From the NCBI GenBank assembly GCA_047495785.1, contig JBLDXI010000029.1, positions 2,418,001 through 2,482,000 on the forward strand: a stretch of 64,000 bases of DNA. Direction: 5' to 3'. This DNA is from Lepidodermella squamata (Eukaryota > Animalia > Gastrotricha). Of the stretch, positions 52,942 through 62,940 are shown piece after piece. Both the position numbers and the translations under genes were made by a program. Under the pieces are notes generated by a model, which was given only the letters and a program-made list of their open reading frames with translations, searched no databases and was not told the DNA's origin. Position 1 is the first letter of the stretch. Each line of letters begins with the position of its first letter.

Positions 52942-54030
52942 TTAGTTGGAGCAGAATTTTTCGTTTGAAAATCCACGCGATACAAGTTTTATGGCATCCT
53001 GCCACTGATTCAGCGGAAATTTCCGATATTTCGGTGTTTTCAGCTTGCCGCTAGTATAAAGACCACTGACATCCAGCACTACCCTGCCGAACTCTTGCGG
53101 AGAGTGGTCCTTCACCCACCTGAAAAAAATTCAAGGTTCCATTTTTGTTATATTCAGTTCTTACTGAGTTAGCCAGAAGCCGACTACATTGATTCCTCGG
53201 AAAAGCAAAACACCCTGCGGAATTTGAGCTGGTTTCCCGCTAAGAACGCCGTAAACAGCCATTGTACTACCTTTTGCTAACGAATTAGCCATGTCAAGAG
53301 AAGCTGGACCTCCAACCGCATCAAACCCTAATTTCGGAGCTTCGATGCCTAGGTTCAAATTGTTGATACCTTTTTTCAACTGTTCGTCGGTTATTACAGC
53401 GTCAGCGCCAAGATTTTTCAAGCGTTTTGAATCAACGTAGTATCACCAGGTTTCAGCGGGACAATATGTTTGAGCATTCTGGAGATTTTTTATTAAGTTC
53501 TTGGTGTGATCGTTTTGCACAAATTATGAATCATCACCATGCAAAAAATGCAGCGATGATTCATAATTATTAGCTCTTGTTCGCACTAAGTTATTTTTCC
53601 GTGAAATTTGACATACAAATAAGCTGTACAAGGATTGCTGACCAAAGTGGCGGCAATTTCAGCCGGCAGTTCCTTTGGCATTTTCGCTAAATATTTTTCC
53701 TCTACCAAGCCTTGTTGCTTCCACATGCCCCAAGCCATTTTGGTTACTAGGGCCCGGTCTCCTGGTTTGAAGGTTCCGCTTGAAGATTTAACGATTTCAA
53801 CGATTTCAACAATGCCCTCGAGACCCGGAACTGCTGGCAATCTTACTTTGGCCGGGTATAGTCCTTCAACTGTTAACAAGTCGCTTGGATTTATCGGCGA
53901 ATACAACACTTTTACATGAGCCTCGCCGAGATTCAGCTTTTCTGGACAAGGTTCTTCGGCCAGTGAAAGAGAATTCAAGGGTTCGCCATATTTTGAAAAG
54001 ACAAGTTTGCTGAAAGAGGTTTTCGATCGC
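52942..54030 (-). pseudogene. MECR-like (trans-2-enoyl-CoA reductase, MDR family) pseudogene
   Basis: SPINPSD, PAVPGLEG, NPCTAY, LKPGD..IQNA and GFWL motifs. IQNA is fused out of frame to LKNLGAD at ~53420, which removes the cofactor-binding segment. No clear start codon. Confidence 0.75.
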
Positions 54031-54093
54031 TTTGAAATGAAAATAAGTATAATAGAATAACAATTAAATACTATATTTTATGGGATTTATGCG

Positions 54094-54114
54094 ATATATA
54101 TATATATATATATA
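54094..54114. repeat. (TA)n microsatellite
   Basis: About ten TA units seen directly. Confidence 0.85.
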
Positions 54115-55578
54115 GTGAAAATATAAGTGAAAATTGTATCCGAATGACAAAGTTTTCACGCCAGATGGCAAACAATTTTGAAAGCAGAACTTAGGCCTAC
54201 TTCATAAAAGTTGTATCATCTAAGGTAATTTACCTGATGAACCACGCCCGTGACAGCCCGAGGCCATAGCATTTTTCCGATGAAAATCGTTTTCGAGATG
54301 ATAACCATTCTCGGAAAAATCTATTCAGCCCAAACAGGATAAAAAAATGAAGGTCAAAATATAATTTTTCTTTATTCTGGCAGGCAAAAAGTTATAACAT
54401 AGCAAATGGGTTCGTCCGCGCGTCACGGAACGACATTTTGCCACCACTTGAACTAGCGTTTCTATAATTCACTCTTAATCTATGAATAGGAGAGGCCAGT
54501 TTTGAATTTTCTGATGTTGAGGGATAATTTACTAATAATTCTGACGCAAACTTCAATAATTTAAGCTATTATTCCTTTAATTGTCAGATAAATTCAAAGT
54601 CATCGTCACGGACGTCAACAATTTGTCATTCCAAATCATGAGGCATTTTTACATGAAAAGTTGTATTAGCAAAAACGTCAGGTAGGGCTTTTATCAATTT
54701 AAAACGTTAGCCTATCGCCCAAAGAGTAATTCAAAAAAAGAAAGAAGACCAGGTTTTTAACCGCTTTTATGCCGCCAACGAGAAACGTCGTCACGGACGG
54801 ACAAGGCCTATCGTCACGGACTGACAGACGCCAACCCATTACCGATTTCACCGTTAAAATGGTCATTTTAGCAGCAATGACTATTAATTTCGAATTCTCC
54901 ATGAAAAATAAGGCTAGAAAAGTTAAGAAACAAGCAAGAAATTCAATTTGAAGAATTTGGCATTGCGGGCCATCCCAAAAATACTTAATCTCAGATGAAA
55001 CGGTCGGGGAGAAACCCTCAAAAAATGCGCGGAAATCTCAGGCCTCTTTTGGGCCTCTTCCAGGTCTAAAAACCCAGAATAGGCCTAGACTCTCGCGACA
55101 CTTTTCAGAGCTGCTCTGGGGTTTTCCGTGTTTAAGGAGGATGGGCGCGTCCTAGAGATCTGAAATATGAAAATTTGAAATCATCAAGAAAAACTGAGTA
55201 AGGACATCTAGGAATCCAAGATCGTCCTAATTGGAGTAAACACACTTGTTGCGATTTGCTGGAAAATACAGAAAATTCGCAAACCCCACTTTTCACTTGT
55301 TACCGGTCAATTGTTATTCATCGAAGAAAGGCACCGCATCGAAAACTGGGTTGTGCCCGGCATTCAAATTCAATTTTGAGGATAATGCCTTCCAGCATAA
55401 AAAAAATCAATTTGATTATAACATATATAAGCGATGTTAATTTGCGGAAGTGCCGCTAAATTTTATCGGTAAAAATTAAATCAAGAAAACTTATAAATGG
55501 TCCATGGATTAAAAGCAGCGTTATCAACTAGGCGCTGACATATCGTAATAAGTAGTAATATCATAGTAATATCATAAT

Positions 55579-55952
55579 AAATAGTAAAAAGTATTTTCAC
55601 ATAAAAACAAATGCAGCTCCATTGATGTTTCCCACGTGATTTCTTATCATCGTCAATCAACTTTTGCCATATCGTTAGCGTCGTTGAATAACTCGGATTT
55701 AGGCTTGTTTACATCCGTTTCAAATTGACGAGTGACAAGTAAAATGCGGTTTTTTAACGTGAATGAAGAGGCGAAAACAAAGGACTTTTTACTTGTCACC
55801 ACTCGCCCCGAAAAGGATGTAAACAAGCCTGAATCCGAGTTATTCAACGGCGCTAACGATATGGCAAAAGTTGATTGACGATGATAAGAAATCACGTGGG
55901 AAACATCAATGGAGCTGCATTTGTTTTTATGTGAAAATACTTTTTACTATTT
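55579..55952. repeat. Long inverted repeat / foldback element
   Basis: Arms 55579-55716 and 55815-55952 (138 nt each) are reverse complements with two mismatches; additional inner stem GTGACAAGTAAAA / TTTTACTTGTCAC. Confidence 0.92.
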
Positions 55953-56997
55953 TTTTTAAGAAATGGCAACCCGGCGTGTCTCTTTTGCTAGCGGGGTCAG
56001 TTACTCGCAACCATCGTCATGCGCCACCAGTTTTTCAGTCACCGGAACCAGCCACCCTGTCACGTCATCGACAACCACCTTAATTCACAATTTAGGCGGC
56101 ATGTGTCGACTACCAATTAGCCCTTCCACAGTCGATCAACGAGTTGAAATCGCGAGAGCAACAGGTGAATCAGCTGTACAGCTGTTTACTCGACCGTGAA
56201 GAGACGATAACTAGGTTAAATCGCGAAATCGATTCGTGGAAGCTACAGCTAGCTGAGCTGAAACACAAATTGGATACAAATTGGCCAAAATCAGCAGCAG
56301 CTCACCATACGCGAAAAAAATCGACCCTAATTTTGGTGCACAAAATCGCGGGCGAGTTGCATCAAATGGTACCGGCGAAGAACCAAAAGGCCCCGGCAGT
56401 TCGCACGGATTCGAATCTGTTGCTAACGAGAACACGCCGAGACCGCCTACGCGCAGCTCTGGCGAAAAACGATCTATTAGGCAGATTGGACCCGGAGCAA
56501 TCGGATGGTTTGATTGAAAAAATGACGGAGCTATGCGTGTTGCCAGGTCACGATATTATTCACGAGGGCGAGCCGGGTAGTCAGATTTTCGTTATGGAGG
56601 ATGGCGAGGTTGATATTCATCGGGATGGCCAGTTTTTGTGCCGACTGCTGGCGCCGATGGTGTTCGGAGAATTAGCTGTGATTTACAATGCGCCGCGGTC
56701 GGCCACAGTTACGGCGTCTACCCACTGCCGGCTGTGGACGATTGAAAATCGAACTTTCCATAAATGCATGATGCGCATACGCCATCGGACAACGAATAAA
56801 TAGCGATGGAACTGCGCCATATCAGCATCTTTTCTTCGCTCTCTAAATCGACGCTAACAGCTCTGGTCGACTCCGGGGAAGAGGTATTTCTAAATTCTGT
56901 TTATTTACCTAAAAAATGAAATGAGTACCAACAAGAGACTAAAAATAATTTAGGAGGTTACAATTAGGCCTGATGAGATCGGGATACGAAAAAAGAT

Positions 56998-57079
56998 CGC
57001 TGCCAGTAGGATTTGGACCTACGCGCGGAGACCGCATCTGATTTAAAGTCAGACCCCTTAACCACTCGGGCATAGCAGC
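56998..57079 (-). tRNA. tRNA-Ser-derived gene with anticodon TTA (ochre-suppressor type; possibly a pseudogene)
   Basis: Identical to tRNA-Ser at 51048-51129 except anticodon TGA->TTA (57046-57044) and T-loop GTTCAA->GTCCAA. Confidence 0.85.
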
Positions 57080-57568
57080 TTTCGTATTTTGTGTTGACAA
57101 TAGATGCAAGATGTAATGAGCCCCTCACAGTGCGATGCGTTGACAATTCCTTTCTCGTCGGCAATTAAATTCAACTCTCCGCGCCAACAAGCAATTTTCA
57201 ACCGAATGAACTAAAATGAGGATTGATTTGTTTTTGTTTTCAAGCCCCATTGAAGGGGTGAGCCGAATGCCAGAAGCACTGCAATACTGGGCCGACTCGT
57301 GGGCAGGGACCAGCAAGCTGGCCACGCCTGCCCTTGTAGCTAAAAATCAGGCTAATATCGAAGCCCCCACATGGAGGGCGTTGTAGATATTAAACTACAA
57401 AGAACAGATACTACACTTTGATCTAAGCCGGTAAGGCCGAGAAGCGATAACCAAAAACGGAAAATTTTTTGAGCCGCGCCTTCAAATGAGAGGGTTGCGT
57501 ATCGCTCAATTCATCTGATTATTTCAACAAATTTGTGAAATGAAAAATTGCTTGAAAATGAAAAAATG

Positions 57569-57640
57569 TGCGTCAGCCGGGAGTCGAATCCGGATCGGCT
57601 GCTTGGAAGGCAACCATGCTGACCGTTACACCACTGACGC
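57569..57640 (-). tRNA. tRNA-Gly(TCC), copy 2 with G53A (possibly impaired)
   Basis: Identical to 50745-50816 except CCGGGTTCG->CCGGATTCG. Confidence 0.85.
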
Positions 57641-57808
57641 TGGCTCACAGTCGTATTCTATAATAAAGGTCTCCACTTGAACGCTGTTCTTAGCGCTGTT
57701 ATTAGCGGTTTTAATTTATTCAGACTTTCGCCAATAAATTATCAAGGAGAATTAGATCAACAGGAATCCGTGGAAAATTAAGTCTTTTGGAAGGAATACA
57801 TCGAATTT

Positions 57809-58390
57809 TTACTCAGCAGCAGCGCCGGTCTCGACGGCAACCGAGTAGGAGAAGTTGTTTGAGGCCGAGTAGCTGCCGCTCTTGCTGCCCTTGCGACCTT
57901 TGCCGTGCTTGCCACCCTTCTTGCCACCAAACTTCTTGCCGCCGAACTTCTTGCCACCGTGGCGCTTGTTGCCATGCTTCTTGTTGTAGCCGCCGAAGGA
58001 GCCCGACCGCGAGTACGAGCCGGACATGGATCCGCGCTTGTGCACGCGCATGAACTTCTTGGTGGAGACCTTGCGGGTGTGCTTGTTCGTGCGGGCCGAC
58101 ACCGACGCGGACACGGACTTGGAGAACGAGGCACGGCGGTGCTTGCGCCCGGCGACGAAGGCCTTCTTCGCCGGGCGCTTCTTCATCGCGTGCTTCTTCG
58201 GCTGCCGGTTGTACGACACGCTGATCGAGACGCTCTTCGAAACACTTTTGCCCTTGTTTCCGCGCCCAGCCTCAGCTTCGGAGAAAGCTGAAAGTAAGAA
58301 AACGAGTTAGATTATTGGACCTGACGATGTCTTCAAACATTTACCAAGAGCCAAAAGAACGACAGCAGCCAAAGCGAAAGCAGCGCGCAT
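57809..58390 (-). CDS. Secreted basic protein, copy 4 (nested antisense in the PKG-like intron)
   Basis: Signal peptide MRAAFALAAVVLLALAFSEAEA, intact splice sites, TATA-like element at ~58482-58475 and an intact ORF. Confidence 0.85.
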
Positions 58391-61300
58391 CTTTTTGGTT
58401 TGAATTGAGAAAAGGAGAGAAATAGATAGTTTGAAGAGAACTTGCTTGTTGCGTTTTCTCCAAATTCCATCGAGATTATATACCGAGAGAAGCATTTTTT
58501 GAAGCGCAGCATGTTAACAAACCAGTTTGTAGTTGATAGTTAATTGCTAGTTAATCGTTAATCCCCATTAAAAAGTCGCGTGATTTTATACCAAATCTGA
58601 TTTTAATTATGGCCATCTGATATGATCTGAATTTATGTCGTTTCTATTTTTTAGCTGCACTTCAGTCAGGGTTCACATGTCTCAATCGCACCTGGGACGT
58701 TGTACCTGCTAACTGAAGGCGAGTTAACATCAACATCCTCACTTTGCTCATGCGGCGACCAAGACGGTCATCTGTCCGCGCCGAAACAGCGGAATTGCCA
58801 CCGAAAAGCTATAAACATCAAAGCAACTGCTTGCTTCTTCACAAATTTGTCAGATATTCTCATCACAGCTCTGACAAGCGGGTCAGACGACGATGAGCTT
58901 GATTTTTCAGACATTTATTACCTATCAGCTCCGGAGGCTTCAGCTCTAACGGCTTCAAAGGACAGTCCTAAACGCATTACTTGCTATCGTCTGGATACAA
59001 ATACGTGAGTTATCGAATGAGATCTTGGAAGTTATTTGAAATCAATTTCGGCAGATTAACCCGAGCCTTCAAAAAAACGCACGATCCGAGGCACATTCAA
59101 ACACCTCTTGCGTTGTCTCCGACTAATAGCGATGTTACATCGCGTGGGGGATCGACGCGAAAAATGGGAATAAATGACTTTGCAATCGTCGCTCTTCTGC
59201 CTTCAACAGATTCGTTTTCGCACATGTTTTACGTAGTTGATCACCACAGCTCCCAGTCGCATTTGACCGTCGACCAGCCGCCGGATGATTCGACGAAGAA
59301 AAGCTACGTCATGCGATGGGTGTTGCGGCAGCGAGCTGAAGCCGCTGGTATGGCGGATCGGTTGAAAAGCGAACGAAATCACCTGTTGATAGCCCAATCA
59401 TGCCATTTCATAGTTCGGTAAACATAATTTCTTATACCTATATACTTAGTCCAGCCATCACCATCAGACCATCAGACGAGCATTACATTTCAGGCAAAAA
59501 TACAAAATAAATTAGACATTGCATTAAAGCCAATTCTTATAGGCCGTTATATTAAGGGCAATAACCGAAATTTTTCACAATTTTTTTAGCCCTGCTTTAC
59601 ATTAAATGATCTGAATAAACTCTAGTGCTTGCAGCTTGAACCCTAAATTCAGGGAATCCACTTGGCCTATTACATTAGATCCTGGACATTTTTATTGATA
59701 AGAACCTAAACCAATCCTAGTTATTTCTATTGCTCCTGAGTCTCTGGGAAAAAGTGAAATTATTCGTAAATTTATCTATGGATCCAACTGATCATCCTGA
59801 AATCCAGACTACGTCACTATATTCCAAGAGCCACTATTTTCCGAAGCCGAGAAAATTTTCAATTAATAAAGCGCTAATCTTTGAAAACTCGTATTTTGTT
59901 CCAATTTTGCAATGATCGAATTTTACATTGCGGAATTTTTCTTCCAGATTGATAACAACGATGCAAGATCGAATTTCCGTGTACTTTGTCTTCGAAAGCT
60001 GTTTGGGCGGTACCTTGGAATCGCTTTTGAAAGACCACATAAACACCGAGTGTTTAAATACCCACAACTCCTCATTCTCCCTATTGTCACCATTTCGCCG
60101 AACGAGTCGACCAACGGGCGGTGTCACATCTCCAGCCGGCATCGAAGAAGACCTTGCTCGTTTCTATCTAGCCTGCGTCATTGAGGCGCTGGATTTTCTC
60201 CACCAAAACGCGATTGTCCACCGAAACGTATGCCCATCCAGCGTTTGGATCGCGGCTGATGGTTACGCGAAATTAGGCGACCTCACCTGGTCGAAATCAG
60301 TCGGACTACGATCTCGTACCTTCTCATTATGCGGGCCAGTTGAACGACTAGCACCCGAAGTTATGCTTAACAAAGGCCACGGTCTAGCGGCTGATCGGTG
60401 GAGCGTTGGCATTTTGCTCTACGAAATGCTGGTCGGAAAACAGCCGTTTTTACGCGACGATCCTATGCTGACTTGTTCGGCTATACACTTCAACACGCAT
60501 CTAGCGATCAAACGTTTGATTTTTTCGATTTCCCACGCCGAGTGGGTAAAAGTGCTCGCGACGTAATCCGGCGACTCTGCCGGCCTGTTGCCTCCGATCG
60601 ACTGAATTTTGATGAATTGAGAATTCACGGATTTTTCTCACAGCCTGGGAATAACAACCCTCCGTTCGATTGGACTGCCCTGCGAGATTTGACAATGGTC
60701 CCGCCGTATGTGCCTCAAGTCGCTCATGCGACTGATTTCAGTCAGGTATTAGGCGCAAGGAAGTTGAATGGATCTATGCCGGTTGCGTCGCTGATGAGCA
60801 CCTGTAATAACGGTGGGATAGCTGGCTTGTCGGAGATACTGCCAGCTGATTATGACACGGATCCTGAGAAGGTTTCATCGCGGCACCATTACATGTCCAT
60901 GTCGAAATCTGACACGATGTCAAGTTGTGGAGACTGGGCCAAAGAATTTTAAAACCCCCTATTATATCAGCCATTTTTATTTCATGTTGTTGTACATGTC
61001 AATTCCAATCAATTCCAATCAATTCCAGGTCCAATTCAAAAATTTACACTATAAGGCTTCGGCTGACTTTATAAAAATATTGTTAAAATTTGACATCAAT
61101 GAAAAAACAGGTGCAGGGTCATTCCTTTAATGAGAAAAACTCTTTCTTGTTTTTTTTATTGACGGGATATTCCGCAGACCATGGAAGTCATTTTATTCTG
61201 ACAAGCTAATGGTTGTTTTTATCAAAATTTTCATACATTGAAATTTGTTTTATTGAATGAAAATTATCGATCAATGTGATCATAGGACACACCTAGTTCT

Positions 61301-61405
61301 GCCTGGTTTAGAGGTTCTGGCTTTTCCTCATTCGAATCATAACTTTCGAAGATTACAAAATATTCATAAATAGCGAATAAATAGCGCGAATAGTGCAATA
61401 ACATG

Positions 61406-62554
61406 TCAAGCTTTTGCTGACTTGGCCGATTGGCGGGAAAAACCTACAGCGTAGAAAATAATTCCGAAATAAAAAGCGAGGGAGATCAGGCCTACAAGCA
61501 TGTCGATAATTCGTCCGTTGCATATACGAAGGCAGCAGATTTTTCTCTTACGAGAAAACCACTTATCGTAAGACCGAGCCACACAGCACATGGCCATATC
61601 ATACAGCGTACAAAGGTAAGCTAACAAAGTCATGAGATCGGTGAAGTTCATCAGAAAAATACGAATAGGTTTGACAGGGACATGGGTCAATACTTGACCT
61701 TCGAGAAAAATCAGAGCTAACAGCACTGTCACAGCAAAAATGGACCGATCAGGTTCGTTAGGATCTAAGAAGAACGCCACAATTACGGAGAATGCTAGCA
61801 AAGCACAAGGAATCATCAGCGTGTTAATGTAGTAATCCGGGTTCCTTGCCAAGTTGAAGTAGAATGTCGCGAAGCTATTTTTGTCGCCACGTTGGCCGTG
61901 ATTCTCCGTGGAAACATTATGGCTGATCACGTTCCATTCGCCACCGCTGTCTTCCTCAAATATTGCGAAACTTAAAAAGGCTACTGAGATCTTGACACCA
62001 CGGCCAAGTTGCAGCACAACAAAGTTCATTTTGCATTCCTGCGTATCAAATGGGAATGCTTCGAGTTTTAGGTCGCAAACAGATTTAAAGACGCCGGTAA
62101 ACGTGTAGTCAAACTCAACATTCGGAGAAAATTTCAAGGACAGTACAGATAGCTGACCACCAAAATTTGTCATAGCGGCATCCTCGAAGGAGTTGGAATG
62201 TTCGATAAGCGGCCGCCAGAACAAGTCGACGTTTGAAAAGAATGTTATACTTCGATTCGCAAAATGTTGACATGGTGTAGCCCAAGATACTTTCAGCTGG
62301 GCTGCGATTTCGAAACTTTCTGAAACATCGTCAACGTCGTGGAAAGCTTGAACAATCATTTCTATGCCAACAAGGGTGACATTGCAATTATCATGTTCAA
62401 TGAACGACTCGCAAAGCGGCGAATAGCGCTGCGCACTAAGATCGGGGCATTTCGTTATCATTTCGACAGTGAGCGGTTCACGAAGCTCGACTTCACTTTT
62501 TTGAGCCTGCAGCAGGATGAAGTTGAGTGTTAGAAGTGGAAAAATTACAAGCAT
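61406..62554 (-). CDS. Divergent intronless Cys-loop ligand-gated ion channel subunit
   Basis: Signal peptide, FWRP, Cys-loop CDLKLEAFPFDTQEC, RNPDYY..IPC and four hydrophobic segments. Confidence 0.85.
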   Translation of the reverse strand: MLVIFPLLTLNFILLQAQKSEVELREPLTVEMITKCPDLSAQRYSPLCESFIEHDNCNVTLVGIEMIVQAFHDVDDVSESFEIAAQLKVSWATPCQHFANRSITFFSNVDLFWRPLIEHSNSFEDAAMTNFGGQLSVLSLKFSPNVEFDYTFTGVFKSVCDLKLEAFPFDTQECKMNFVVLQLGRGVKISVAFLSFAIFEEDSGGEWNVISHNVSTENHGQRGDKNSFATFYFNLARNPDYYINTLMIPCALLAFSVIVAFFLDPNEPDRSIFAVTVLLALIFLEGQVLTHVPVKPIRIFLMNFTDLMTLLAYLCTLYDMAMCCVARSYDKWFSRKRKICCLRICNGRIIDMLVGLISLAFYFGIIFYAVGFSRQSAKSAKA

Positions 62555-62813
62555 TTTCTTTTCGATAATATTCTCGTTTGAGATTGTGTCATCTGCGCAT
62601 TTGGATGTGTGGCATTGGCCAATTAAATCAGAAGAGCGAAAAGAGTACTTATTTACATATCATAAAATTTATGGTTTGAAATATACCTCCCCTAAAGTAA
62701 ACTATGTCAGCAACATTTTCTGCAGTCTTAGAGCCTCGGGGAATCAATGCGCATTTTTGTAAATCTTCCAGAAGATTACAAGAATAGTTGGCAAATCAAA
62801 GCATTCAATGTGA

Positions 62814-62940
62814 AAGAATCGGATCTAAATACCGCCGATCTATCTGAAGAATCGGATCTAAATACCGCCGATCTATCTGAAGAATCGGATCTAAATACCG
62901 CCGATCTATCTGAAGAATCGGTTCTGATACCACAGACGAT
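62814..62940. repeat. 33-bp tandem repeat (3 perfect copies + 1 degenerate)
   Basis: Unit AAGAATCGGATCTAAATACCGCCGATCTATCTG. Confidence 0.9.

Larger units (their letters stand above)
55963..60952 (+). pseudogene. cGMP-dependent protein kinase (PKG)-like pseudokinase with frameshifts
   Basis: Coiled coil, CNB-A (FGELAVIYNAPRSATV), degenerate CNB-B and kinase fold (ARFYLACVIEAL, HRNVCP, LAPEVMLNKGH, AGC tail PPYVP..DWAKEF). Frameshifts near 56800 and 60480-60525; intron 56884-58654 holds a nested cassette. Confidence 0.75.

Noticed and set aside
56795-56810. Stop-codon readthrough of the PKG-like gene by the nested suppressor tRNA
   Set aside because: The TAG at 56801-56803 results from a frameshift; the homologous sequence continues in a different frame.
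39835-58390. Basic proteins as protamines or histone H1-like sperm proteins
   Set aside because: Every copy has a spliced N-terminal signal peptide with an AxA-type cleavage site, which points to secretion rather than the nucleus.
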